Shown here: positions 38,090 to 50,177 of the stretch, in pieces
How the letters are laid out: each line of letters begins with the position of its first letter
Numbering within the stretch: the stretch's first letter is position 1
Position numbers and translations under genes: made by a program
The notes under the pieces: model-generated
The model's input: the letters and a program-made list of their open reading frames with translations, nothing else
Database searches by the model: none
Told to the model about the DNA's origin: nothing
NCBI GenBank assembly: GCA_013239625.1
Contig: MU054338.1
Coordinates: forward strand, 4,117,371-4,181,370
Length of the DNA: 64,000 bases
Source: Lama guanicoe
Taxonomy: Eukaryota
Direction: 5' to 3'

Positions 38090-39075
38090 GAGTCTGCAGT
38101 TTGGGCAGGGCTTGGTAGGAACAGCTTGTCTTCTGCCCTCATGATGTGAACTTGCTGAGGCTGGAGAATCTCTCTAACACGGCTCACTCACCATGCCAGC
38201 AAATTGGTGCTGGCCATTGGTGCTTCTTCATGTGGGCTCCTCCATGGGGTGGCTTGGTCTTCCTCGCAGCATGGTGGCTGGGTTCTAAGAGTGAGTGTCC
38301 CCAGAGAATCGGGAGACAGCTGCATTGCCTTGGATGGACTAAGCTCAGAAGTTACGTGGAGTCACTTCCATCATAGTCTAAACCCACCCATATTTAAGGG
38401 CTCCTTTATAGAGAAGCTTAAAGGTCACACTGTTAGAAGAGCATGTGGATGGGAAATACTGTTGCAGACATTCTGGAAAAGACACCATCTTCCACAGTCA
38501 TTAATTCCAATGTCTGCAAACCAGATCCTAGGTAATTATAGATGATAATTATAAACTTTAATTTGCCATTAAATAAAGCCCAGAGTTTGTAGAATGAGCT
38601 ACAAGGTCATAAATGAAGGCAGGGAGGCACAGAACCCCACCTCTTACTGTCTCCCCATGTTTATTCTGCTCCCTACTATTTCTTGATCATACCAGGTACC
38701 CTCCCGCCTCCACATCTTTGTGTGGCTCTTTCCTCTTCCAGGAGCTGTCTCCCCCTAGGTATCTACTTGGCTCACCCCTTCACCTGCTCCAAGTCTTTAC
38801 TCAAATTACACCTTTTCAACAAGACCTACCCCGACCACTTCATTTAATCCTGCTGCCCCCAGCTCCCAGCCCTCCACTCTCTGCTCTAAGTTTTCCTTTT
38901 TCCATAGCACTTGTCACCCCCCAGTACATACATATTTATTTATTAAACCCATTGCCTACCTCCCCGGGCTAGAATGGAAGCTCCAAGAGGGAAGGGATCT
39001 TCGTCTTGTTCGCTAATGTTTCCCAAACACACTGCCTGGCACATAGTAGCAGCTCAATCAATGTTTGTTGCATGG
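38090..39075. mobile_element. MLT-type LTR remnant (about 38090-38500) and L2 3' remnant (about 38690-39075)
   Basis: gggctcctccatggg...cttcctcgcagcatggtggctgggttc (MLT); ctagaatggaagctccaagaggg...tgcctggcacatagtagcagctcaatcaatg (L2). Confidence 0.6.
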
Positions 39076-39384
39076 CATGAAATAATACTGAAACACATCA
39101 TGAGAAGTCCTTATCATTTCTCTTCTAGTCTTTCTAATTCTTTAAGAAGATAGTCTTGGCTTGGTGTTCATGTTTCTTAAACTGCTCTCTGGCACCCTTT
39201 AATCTTCCTTAATGACAACAGCATAGGCTAAGAGTTCAGAGCCTGGGACAGGTGACTGTCCGGTACAGGGCTTCTCAACCCTGCCTGTTCATTGATGTCC
39301 CTTGAGAAGTGCCAGGGCCCACCTTCAGAGATTCTGGTTTCATTAGACTGGAGTGAGACGGGGCCACCTCTCCTACCTCTCCTT

Positions 39385-39683
39385 TTTTTAAATTGAAATA
39401 CAGTTGACTTACAATATTATATTAGTTTCAGATGTACAACATACTGACTCAATATTTTTATCAATTATACTCCATATGAAATTATGATAAAACCTTGGTC
39501 CTACTCCCTTGTCCATTATATCCTTGTAACTTATTTATTTATTTAGTAACATTTATTTTATACCAAGTAGTTGGTACCTCTTAATCCCCTCCACCTACTT
39601 TGGCCCTTCTCCCGCCCCCCTTCCCTCTGGTAACCACTTGTTTGTTATCTGTATCTTCATAATACAAATAACATTTTTTTTTT
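39385..39683 (-). mobile_element. L1 3'-end fragment, antisense
   Basis: Poly-T then aaattgaaatacagttgacttacaatattatattagtttcagatgtacaac...ccctctggtaaccac, the reverse complement of the L1 3'UTR seen at 6700-6990. Confidence 0.8.
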
Positions 39684-40106
39684 AGTTCAGCTGGAGATTC
39701 TAATGTGCAGATTGGGTTAAGAATCACTGAGCTGCAATTAATAACATTTTTTCTGTTGTTACTGTATCTAAACTTATGGCTATTCTTGATCTGTGACAAA
39801 TGACTTCTTGAAGTGACACAATGTTTCTTGTTTAAACACATCAATAGGAGCAAAGGGAGGAGATCTATTGCCCCCCTTCCCTGCCCAATTTTCTGTTTTC
39901 ATTTAAAAGACAAATAAACAACTTGACCCCCACCCCTCAAAAAAGCAAATAGCAATTTGATCATTGGGCAGAATGCATGATTGATACATGTTATCCTGAT
40001 GTTACAAACAATGAACTTGAAACACAAGTCCCGCAGCTAGAAAGCAGCATCTTGGGCCTGAGGAGTCTAGCTTCAGCCTGTAACTGAACTGCTACATTAG
40101 GTCTCT

Positions 40107-40124
40107 ATCGCCCTCTAGTGGTCC
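40107..40124 (-). promoter_or_regulatory. CTCF core motif
   Basis: Minus strand GGACCACTAGAGGGCGAT is a close match to CCACYAGRGGGCGC. Confidence 0.65.
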
Positions 40125-40896
40125 AGTTTATTTGCACCCAAAGGGAGGACTCTGCATTTATTCCTCTACCTTTCACATTGTAGACGGTTCAGCCCTTCCA
40201 GATTTTTTTGGAATCCTCTTTCTGGCCTCCATCCTGTTCCCTGTACCTCCCACTTTCCTGCCAGCCTCAAACATCCAAACAACCACTCACAGCAATACTG
40301 AGTAAGACCAGGCTGAAACAGAGCCCAGCGGGGTGTCAAAGATCTACCCCAGATGAACTTCATCTCAGAGCTGACCTCGACTGGCACACTGAGACATTCA
40401 ATCTTTATCCCACAGGCAATGGGGAACCATGAATGGTTTTGGAGCAGACCCAAAATCTGTGCAATGAGGCATTTCCCCAGAAAAGGGCAGTACACCAGAC
40501 ATTTACAATGTTCCCCTTCCTAGCATCTTTCTTCCCCCCTTTTTTTTCTGGCAACAGTCCCTGATCTGAGAGTTTCCCACCTCCCCGCCTTTCCAGGGCC
40601 AATATAAGCCTGTAAGTCACCTCTGTGTGAATTTTAAAATGGCAGCCCTTCTGAGAGAATGCCAACTCAAGACATGGCACAAGGCTTAAGAGGCCCCCAC
40701 TCACTCCCTCTTTCCCCCAATCAGACCTGTAGTCAGAGCGAGGCTCCCTTCCCTCTGCAGAGGAAGCGCATGCCCACATCTGGCCAATCAAAGGGTTGCA
40801 CCTCTCTGGTTACTGGTATTGGTCACCGGAGGAGGTAGCAGGGGGCGGGGGGCGGGGGGCATGACCTAACACCAGCCAAGAATGACTCTGGGAGCT

Positions 40897-41690
40897 TTAT
40901 TTAATTTTAATTGAGGAAAATTTCACATAACATAAAACTAACCATTAACCATATTAAAGTGAACAATTCAGAGGCATCTAGAACATTCCCAGTGTTGTGC
41001 AGCCAGCACTTCTATCCAGTTTTCCAAGACACATTTTTCACCCCCAAAGGAAATTCTATACTCATTCCCACCTCTCAGCCCCCAGCAACCACTAATCTGC
41101 TTTCTGCCTGTATGGATTTGCCTGTTCTAGACATATCATATAAAAGAAATCACACAATATGTGGCCTTTAGTGTCTGGCTTCTTTCACTGAGTAGCATGT
41201 TTTCAGGGTTATCCACGCTGCAGTGTGTGTCAGTGCTTCACTCCCCTTTAAGGCTGAACAGTAGTCCATCGTATGGCTGGACCACATTTTGTTTATCCAT
41301 TGGTGGACATTTAGGTTGTCTCCACCCTTTGGCTCTTATCAATAGTGCTGCAAATGAACATTTCTGTACAAGTATTTTCTTGAATACCTATTTTCAATTC
41401 TTTGCGGTATACGCCTGGAAGTGGAATTGCGGGATCACATGGTGATTCTATGTTTAACTTGTTAAGGAACCGCCAAATTCTTTTCCATCACAGCCGCACC
41501 ATTTTATATTCCTAGTGACGCACAAGGGTTCCAATTTCTCTTCATTCTCATCAGCAAGTATACCCTGCCTTTAAAAAATATATGTGGCCAATTTAGTGGC
41601 TGTGAGATGGTATCCATGGTTCTGATTTGCATTTCCCTAATGACTGACGATGCTGAGCACCATTTCACGTCCTCCTGGAGTGTGTACTTT
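40897..41690 (-). mobile_element. L1M-type 3' end, antisense
   Basis: tttcacataacataaaactaacc...tggatttgcctgttctagac...ttctgatttgcatttccctaatgact. Confidence 0.85.
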
Positions 41691-42151
41691 TCAGCTTGGA
41701 AGGCTATGAGCCTAGTGCCACTGGCAGCCACCTCCCACTCAGAAAGTAGACCAGAGGGATGGAGGGAGCCTAGCTCTGGTGACGTCATTTGAAGCCTGGA
41801 TCCAGCCTTATCTGCAGCCTGATCCTTAACTTCAAAAGTATATATGCTGATTATCCTTTTGTCATTTCAGCCAGCTAGATCTGAATATTTTGTCCTTTGT
41901 CACCAAGAGTCCTCTGTGATGGAGCCTGGGACTTACCAAGGTCACATGGTGAGTTAGAATTACAAACTACATGAGTACCTGGATGTCCTTCCTACCTACC
42001 CACTGCCTACATGTTGCTAGAGGAGGCATGAGGAGGGATCAGCAGGGGCCAGGAGACAGATGTGGGAACAAATCATGGCCATGCACTTCGGGATAGAGGC
42101 AGAAGCCCCCCACCAGAAGGTTTTGAATTGAGGTCCTTAACTATTAGTGTT

Positions 42152-42254
42152 GGGGGTGGGGTGGGTATAGCTCAATGGAAGAACATATGCTTAGCATGCA
42201 TGAGGTCCTGGGTTCAATTTCCTGTACCTCCACTAAAAATAATAATAATTTTAA
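42152..42254 (+). mobile_element. tRNA-Ala-derived SINE (vic-1-like)
   Basis: gggtatagctcaatgg...gcttagcatgcatgaggtcctgggttcaatt with A/B boxes, AT tail and TSD aactattag. Confidence 0.85.
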
Positions 42255-43304
42255 AACTATTAGGGTGTCAAATGCCCTTCAGAGAATATCATGGAAGCAC
42301 AGCTCCTCTCCCCACCAAAAACACCAAGACACACAACATTTTGCAGACAATTCACAAGTTTGCAGAAACTCGAACCCTCTCCACCCCGCCCCCCAACATA
42401 ATCCATCCTAGGGCTGTATGTGAAAAAAAAAAACAAAACCTGGTTTCTAGAACAAGAAATTCAGAAGGACCCAGAACCAGGGGACCTGAAATCCAAGTAC
42501 CGTCTTTCTGCTGACTTACAGTGGTGCAAGGAAATTTGGGGAAGGACAGATCTGGTTCAAGTCCAGGCTGCATGGTCTTCGGCAAGTGGCTTGCTCTCTC
42601 TGAGCCACAGGTATAAAATGAGACTATTCTCGTCTATCTGGAGGGGGTGTGGGAGGGGTATTCGGTTCAATGATGCTTGTCATGGGCATGTAAAGATGAG
42701 CGGCCCCTCCCCTTTCAATGTCCCCATCTCTCCAGCAGGCCAGGTGTGCTTTCTTCTACTCCTGGAATGATGCAATCCAGAGGCCTAGGTAACATGCCCA
42801 GACACTCCTCTTCTGCAGAGAATGTCAAGTGGTCCATGGATACTGAAATCCATCCCAGGCCCCAGGTTAAGAACCAACTACCCGGAACTCTCCCTCCTTT
42901 ACTCAGCTCCAACAACAGCCTTCTTTCTGTTGCTCCAGTTCATTCCCTCCCCGGGAGTCTCACACCCACCATTCCCTCTGCCTGGAATGGTCCTGCCCAG
43001 CTCTTGGTGGGGCTGGTCTCCTCTTGGCATTGAGGGCTCAGCTAGTGGGCTCCCCACAGGGCACCCACTTGAAAGGGCTGCTCCTTTCACTCATGGTCTT
43101 GAGAATATCACCATGCTTCACCTTTTTTGCAGCACCCATCAGTGACTGGAATTGCCTTGGTTGTGTGTCTTTTTATTTATTTAACGTGTGTCCCCTCATT
43201 AGGGCAGGGACTTTGCATGTCTTTATTGTCTTATATCCTCAAGGGTTAGTGTCAAACATACAGTAGGAACTCAATATATATTTGTTGAAGAGATAAATGA
43301 GTGA

Positions 43305-43855
43305 CTGAATGAATGAATGGGTAGGGAAACAGATGAATGGGAGGATGGTTGAATGATTTGAATGGATAAATGAATAAATAGATGGCTAAATATGGATGGA
43401 TGGATGGATGGATGAGGGATGGATAAATAATTGGATAACTGGATAGACAGAGGATAAATGAATATAAATGATGGCTAAATACAGATGATGGATGGATGGG
43501 TGGATAGATGGATGGATGGAAAAGTGGATGGGTTACAATTGGATAAATGGATGGAAGGATAATAGATGATGAAAGGATGAATAATAAATATATGGACAGA
43601 TGGATGCACAAGTGGAGGGGCAGATGGATACATGGATAGTTCAATGAATAGTTCAAGGAATGGATAATACATTAATGAATGAACAGGGAGAGTTAAAAAG
43701 ATAGATAATAGAAAACAAGATGAAGGAATGAATGAATAAATTAACAGATGGGTAACCTAAAGAATAGACAGATGGTTCAATAGAGAGTTAAAAAGATGGA
43801 TGGATGGATGAATGGATGGATGGATGAATAAAAGGACAAGTAGATGGGTGAATGT
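43305..43855 (+). repeat. Degenerate (GGAT/GAAT)n simple-repeat tract
   Basis: About 550 bp of tggatggatgga / tgaatgaa / agata variants. Confidence 0.9.
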
Positions 43856-44760
43856 TTGCCAGACTCCATACTAAGCACTTTATATACATTATCTTTTCTT
43901 ACATACTCTGAAATCCCATGAGGGAAGGAATGTTTCCATCTTACGGACAAGGTCATTGAACTTCAAGGGCAGGAATAATCACTCCCCACAGATTATACAA
44001 GTAAGAAGTTGTGGAGCAGGGTTCAAACTCCAAGCCCCGTGCTCTTAACCTCCGTGGAAACCATTCTTACCTTCTTCCCTCACTTTGAGAGCCTGTACCA
44101 GCCACTCCAGCCCTCCTCCTGATGTCCATGCTTGGACAGCACCCAAATCACCCAGTCCAGGCCTCCACACTGCTCCGCTGTCGACCAGTGAGACAGGCCC
44201 ACAAGTCCACGGGCTGCGTGTGAGCACATGTGAGGATCTTCGAGGTCTCTGCACACACATGTGAGCATAGAATGAGGTGATGGATAACGTGTCCATTCTC
44301 TGAGATGTCCCCCAAGTACCAGGGACATCACATGGCCAAAGACAGGTCCAAAGAGTCTGGTAGTGACCTCCACTGTTCATAAGGTGCCCTGGGGAACCAA
44401 ACCCAGCCTGAGGTCATTCCCAGCAAATGCCACGTAATCACAGCACCCAGTGGTCCAGCCAAATCAGGTCACGTGACAACAGGGAAGCGGCGGACACAGA
44501 GGAGAAAAGGAAAGAGAACAGGGGCAGGCGATGGAGGGGGGAGCCTCTGCCAGGCAGCTCCCCGGGTCATCAGGCAACCGCACACAGAGGTCATGAAGTC
44601 CATCCCCTGCCTTGGGGTGGGACCGCGCAGGACAAAGAGGATGGGGAAAGGGAGCTGGAGACAGGAACTTCGAGTGTCTCTCAGTCTCCTGATTCAGGCC
44701 ACTCTCCTTCAAGACACAGGTGGGTTCGCAGGTGATCGGGTAGGAAGCAGCCGGCGGACC

Positions 44761-44929
44761 TCAGCAGCTCTTGTGGTCACCACTGACCTCCACGTAGGGC
44801 AGCCCCATGGGCCAAGTGTCCCGAGGCCAGTAACGGACTTTGAGAGTTTGGTCTGGCATCTCGTATCTGGCATCCACCAAGGCCATGATGACCATGCCGT
44901 AGGGGAAGGTGAGGCTGATAAGCACATGC
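44761..44929 (-). CDS. ACER1: ACER1 coding exon 6 (last, 169 nt including TGA)
   Basis: cccacag|GCATGTG... Translates WHVLISLTFPYGMVIMALVDARYEMPDQTLKVRYWPRDTWPMGLPYVEVSGDHKSC*. Exons 2-6 total 702 nt; with the expected 93-nt exon 1 this gives 264 aa. Confidence 0.96.
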
Positions 44930-45213
44930 CTGTGGGAGAGGGTGGTGAGGGCACAAGATGCCCCTGCAGCCAGCCTGATGCCCCCAGCCCCACCTCGGTC
45001 ATCTCCTTACCTCTCATGGACCTTCCAAAGGGACCTTCCAGACCTGACCTCCCAACTGCAGCCACTGCCCCCCAACCCCCTGCCATCTGCCTGACACACA
45101 CACACAAGTCCCCGTATCTGTGCCTCCCCACCCTGCCCCCAGGCTCCTGCTCTGAGCTCTGGCATCTGAGATTTTCTGCTCCCAGGGCCCCAGACCACAG
45201 GACAGGTGCTTAC

Positions 45214-45351
45214 CAGATGCTGTGCAAGTAGAAGAAATTAATCCATTGCCAGAAACTGCAAAGCAAGCGGTCGCTGATCCAGCTAGAGAAGGCAAATGCC
45301 CATAAGACCACGGAGACCTTGATTATATGCCGCAGCTCTTTATTATCCATC
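45214..45351 (-). CDS. ACER1: ACER1 coding exon 5 (138 nt)
   Basis: ccttag|GATGGAT...ATCTG|gtaagc. Translates KMDNKELRHIIKVSVVLWAFAFSSWISDRLLCSFWQWINFFYLHSI(W), with the first His of the HxxxH zinc motif. Confidence 0.96.
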
Positions 45352-46368
45352 CTAAGGAGGGAGGGAGGGAGGAAGATCAGAGCCTGACTCCGAAAGCAGA
45401 GCCTGACAGGGGTTGATGGGAAATTCCTCCATCCAAGGAGATGAGGCTGGGAGGAGGGAAGGATCAAAGGGGCAGTGGGGGAGGGGCCTGATCTGTGCCA
45501 ACACTCGCTGAGTACTTATAGGATGCCAGGTGTGGTTCTAAAAGGTAGAAACCCAGTCCTCACCACAAGGCTATTGTTCCCATTTTATAGATGAGAAAAC
45601 TGAGGTGCATGAGATTAAGTATGCCCCAGCCCCCACCCCAAGGTTACACAGCTAGTAAGTGGGGTCTGCATCAGTTTTATCGGAATGCAGAATTCTTAAC
45701 CGACAGGCCCTTCTGGGTTTGTGTTTTGGGGTGTAAGTGTGTGTGCACCTGCACATTGGCGCATGAGGACTTACGTCTGTGTGGCCATGAGAATGTGTGT
45801 GAATTCTCTGAGGCCACATCTTGGGACCACTCAAGATGAGAATCTGTGTTTCCCCAATAGCAGAGCTAACCTATTGTCCCTTAGGAAAGAGCGTATCAGG
45901 GATTTATGAGGCAGTAACGCTTGTATGGGTAAAAGCACAAGCCCGGCCCACTAACCTAAAATGGGACGGTTTGAACACACACACACACAGAAGGAGGAGG
46001 AGGAGGAAGGCGTAAGAATTAGTGAAATCTGAGTAAAGTCTGTGGTCTAGTTAACAGTACCGTCACATTGTCAGTTTCTCCTTATTTGAGATTGCATGAT
46101 GGATACATAAGATGCTGCCATTGGGGCAGGCAAGGTGAGGGAACTCTGGGTGAAGGGTACACAGGACTCTGCTATTTTTGCAACTTGCTATGAGCCTGTA
46201 ATCATTTCAAAAGAAAAAGTAAAAAATATAGCATAGTGACTGCAATGGATTGAAACATATCAGAGAGATAAACACCCATGAGATCATAATACTACTTAAA
46301 GAAAAAACAACTTCATTGGTCCTTCTTAGTGATGGCTAAGGTACCAAACCCTTACTCTGGAAATTGAG

Positions 46369-46478
46369 GGGTTTTTTTTCTAATTGAAGTACAGTCAGTT
46401 ACAATGTGTCAATTTCTGGTGTACAGCATAATGTCTCAGTCATGCATATACATGCATATATTCATTTTCATATTCTTT
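46369..46478 (-). mobile_element. Very short antisense L1 3' end
   Basis: Poly-T then aattgaagtacagtcagttacaatgtgtcaatttctggtgtacagcataat; TSD ggaaattgag on both sides. Inserted into an older L1 remnant (about 46010-47030). Confidence 0.8.
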
Positions 46479-47035
46479 GGAAATTGAGTTTTAAAAGGGA
46501 AAGAATCAATGCTCTATCCTGTATGTCCTGTCCAAATCGTACTTCAAGGTTGATGAGTGACAGTCCTTCTGTCAGGATAGATGAAAGCCAGATCATCATC
46601 AATCAATGCAGAAGGAATAACAGAATCTGAAAACCACCACTTTGCCCCCTCAAATGAGATCATGGATGGAGGCAGCATGAAATGGCCACTGGAATCATCA
46701 GGTGAAAGGGTCAGTAGAAAACTCTATAATGAAGGGTCTGGATGACACCACCCAAATCCACTAATCAACCTGAATGGCACTAAATGTGGGACAATCACTC
46801 ATTATGGGGGGAGGATCTTAATGGGGTGGAACAAGCAGAACTCAGCACCACGCATAAAATGAAAAAAAATTAAGCATAAATGTAGATCTATTAATTTGTA
46901 GGAAATATCAAAAATAAAAGAAAAAATAAGGAAACACATTGAGAGGCACCACGGGAAGCAGCCAAACAAATCCAGAATGCAGGATGTTCTACAAGACAAA
47001 TGATCAAGTTCCCGTGGTTAAATCAGAGGCATGAA

Positions 47036-47553
47036 CAACATAAATGTACTTTGACATATATATATATATATATATACACAATGGAATATTACTCAGCCAT
47101 AAAAAGAATAAAATAATGCCATTTGCAGCAACATGGATGGACTTGGAGATCGTCACTCTAAGTGAATTCAGTAAGCCAGAAAGAGAAAGAAAAATTCCAT
47201 ATGATATCACTTATATGTGGAATCTAAAAAAATTTAAAAAAAGACCTACATGGACTTACAAAACAGAAACAGACTCATAGACATAGAAAACAAACTTATG
47301 GTTACCAGGGGGAAAGAGGGTGGAAAGAGATAAATTGGGAGTTTGAGATTTGCAAATATTAACCACAATATAGAATAGATTAAAAAACCCAAATTTCTTC
47401 TGTATAGCACAGGAAACTATATTCAATATCTTGTAACCTATAATGAAAAAGAATATGAAAACGAATACATGTATATATATGTGTGACTGAAACATTATGC
47501 TGTACACTAGAAATTGACACATTGCAACAGACTATACTTCAATTTTAAAAAGT
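47036..47553 (+). mobile_element. 5'-truncated lineage-specific L1 3' end
   Basis: MPFAATWMDLEIVTLSE ORF2 tail plus 3'UTR; TSD tcagaggcatgaa (47023-47035 / 47554-47566); contains (TA)n at 47056-47076. Confidence 0.88.
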
Positions 47554-48329
47554 CAGAGGCATGAAGAAAGGGGAAGGGAAGGAGGGAAGGATGCTGTGAA
47601 ATAAAGATGATCTAAGACTGTGTTTGCATTCTGATTTAAACAAGTCCAGGTATAAAAAGATGTCTTTGGGAAACTGATGAAAGGTCAGTGCAAACTGAGT
47701 ATTAGACGCTATTCTAGGGAAGGATCATTAACCTTGTAAGACGTGTGTGTGCCAGGTCTTCCACTTGCCCGTCTGGATCCTTTCCTACCTTTCTCCACTC
47801 TGCCTCACACCTCAGGGGGTGGGGGGGGCGGGTGAGCTATGTGGACTTGGAAATATATATTCTAACAGTTCCCTCCCCTCACCCTTTGGTTCCCACTTGG
47901 GGCTCCTCATTGGCCAAGCCAGCTGGCAACCATTGGCTAACCCAGCTGGAAACCACTGGTCAACACAACTAGAAGACCAAGGACAAGGGGGCCCCTGGAT
48001 TTGGTCCACACAACCTCCCTGTGGGGTTGGCCCAGTCTGGAGGGAACCAACAACTAGAGGTCACAGCTCTTGCCAAGGAGACCCCCCCCTGCTAGCTCTC
48101 TTCTTCCAGATTCGTGCAATCACTCCCTCCCATTGCTTCCCATCTCAGGTCTCCTGATGATCACAGAAACCCACCCTTATTAGCACAGGGTTTCTAAAGG
48201 AGCCCTAGTGAGTTTACAACAGTCTTCCCTCTCCTTTGTAAATAACCGTTTTATTCAACTCTCCTCAAACAGCTTCATTTGAAAGCCCCCTCTCTAGCCT
48301 GCTAAGACCTAGCATGGGTTAAAGATAAT

Positions 48330-48493
48330 TCTACATACAGCACAGGGAACTATATTCCATTCCTGTAATGAGCCACTTTTAAGAAACTGAAAATATATAT
48401 GTATGTATAACTGAATCACTTTGCTGTATACTTGAAACTAACATTGTAAGTTGACTACACTTCAATAACAAACAAGAATAAAAATGAAAAAAA
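48330..48493 (+). mobile_element. Short L1 3'-terminal fragment
   Basis: agcacagggaactatatt...gtataactgaatcactttgctgta...gactacacttcaataa with A-tail; flanking ataattct duplication. Confidence 0.75.
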
Positions 48494-48880
48494 ATAATTC
48501 TGTATCAGGAGAGTGAAATCCTGAACAACGAATGGGTGACACTACATGAAATCTGGGGGGAATACAGAATGCAGGTTGGCAAAGTGCTAACGGTTGTGCG
48601 GGCTGGTTAGTGGCACACATGGAGGTTTCTGATGCAATGCTCTCTACCTGTATGTATGTTTGGGGGGTTTGCAACCAAAGGGACAAACTCTGCAGTCAGA
48701 CAGCCTTCGGTTCAAATCCTGGTCCTGCTCTTAGTTGGTGAATGATCTTGGGGAAAGGACATTGTCCCCATGAGCCTGAAGTCAATAACTATTTTGGGAA
48801 CAGGGTGAGTAGTGGGTGAAGGGAGGTTGTTGGAGTGGGGAAGGGAGCCACCTCCCCGGGCACCTGTAGCCACCACCCAC

Positions 48881-49018
48881 TTCTTGTACTCCTGGAACAT
48901 GATGTAGAACACGTGCACGGCAATGCTGTTGAGGGCGTATGCGTTGATCGTGGGCTTCAGGAAGGACAGGAAGGTGCTGACAATGGTGGTGATACAGACC
49001 AGGCAGGCGAACTGGGGC
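48881..49018 (-). CDS. ACER1: ACER1 coding exon 4 (138 nt)
   Basis: ctccccag|GCCCCAG...AAGAA|gtgggt. Translates RPQFACLVCITTIVSTFLSFLKPTINAYALNSIAVHVFYIMFQEYK. Confidence 0.95.
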
Positions 49019-49409
49019 CTGGGGAGAGAAGGGCTCAGCTGTTGGGGGCGGTGGAGGGGAGTGTCTGTGGGGTTTAGGCAGGGTCCCATGGAGATCTTGG
49101 GGCAAAGATGGATGAGAAAAGGGAAGGGGCTACAAGGAGCAAAACTGGGCTCTGTAAAAGGGCTTAAGACTCCCAGGTGAGTTTAGGAAAGGATCCCAAG
49201 GGACTCAGGAGGGTCAACACAACTTCCCAGGGAACCCATGTGGGCAAATCAGGGTCTGAAGGGGGCCCCAGGGTAGCGGGGTGGGTAGGATGGTAAAAGG
49301 GTCTCAGGGAAGCTCAAGGGGGCTTAGTCCAGTCAGAAGAGGGTCCCAGGGCCCAGGTGAGTTGAGGCAAGGGATTCCGGAGAGCCAGCTGGGATTAAAG
49401 AAGGAATTG

Positions 49410-49520
49410 ATCCTTAGCATGTATAGCTCAATGGCAAAGCACATGCTTAGCATGCACAAAGTCCTGGGTTCAATTCCCAGTATCTCCATTAAAAAATAAC
49501 AATTTATGTTAAAAAAAAAA
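49410..49520 (+). mobile_element. tRNA-Ala-derived SINE (vic-1-like) in ACER1 intron 3
   Basis: tatagctcaatggc...gcttagcatgcacaaagtcctgggttcaattcccag, A-tail, TSD aaggaattg. Confidence 0.85.
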
Positions 49521-49948
49521 AAGGAATTGCAGGGGTCCCAGAGGCTATTAGGAGAGGGGTCCTGGAGGGTTCAGGTGAGTCAGAAAAGGGGTCCAGAAGG
49601 ATCTGATGAAAGATTCAGGGAGCCCAGGCGATAGGCTCAGAGGAGAGATCTCTGGGCCCCAAGTAACCTTAGGCATGGGATCCTGGGACCCCAAGATGGG
49701 CTCAGTCAGGATCTGGAGAAGGTCCCAGATTCCAGGTGGGATCAGGGGAGGAATTCCAAATAAGCAGGGAGGATAAGGAGAGGATAGCCAGGGATCCCAG
49801 GTACCCCCAGAGGAAGGGTCCCCAGAAGTCTGGTTAGGTCAGGCAGGGTCGGGAGAAAGTCCTGGAGTGGCCCGGGGAGGGATCCCAAGGACCACGAGAA
49901 GGCTTGGGGAGGGGATCTGGAGGACAGGTGGGCTCTGGCCCCACCCAC

Positions 49949-50090
49949 CTGCTCTGCCCCAGGAAGGCGGGAAAGTAGCAGCGGGGCAACCATATGCCGT
50001 AGCTGCCGGCCAGCAGCCACAGGATAGCGATCTCATCCAGGATCTGGCCCAGGAAGCTGAGCGTCATGTGGAAATACATGGAAAACAGGC
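49949..50090 (-). CDS. ACER1: ACER1 coding exon 3 (142 nt)
   Basis: cttcag|GCCTG...AGCAG|gtgggt. Translates GLFSMYFHMTLSFLGQILDEIAILWLLAGSYGIWLPRCYFPAFLGQS, with the CREST SxxxH motif and conserved LDE. Confidence 0.96.
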
Positions 50091-50177
50091 CTGAAGCAAG
50101 AGACATAAGGCAGGTGGTCAAGGGAGGTGTCCACTCCTGCCCCCCGACCTGCCCCACTGTCACAGACCCCCACCTAC

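Noticed and set aside
44473..45231. 252-aa + strand ORF
   Set aside because: Antisense shadow of ACER1 exon 6 and GC-rich flanks; no recognisable domain.
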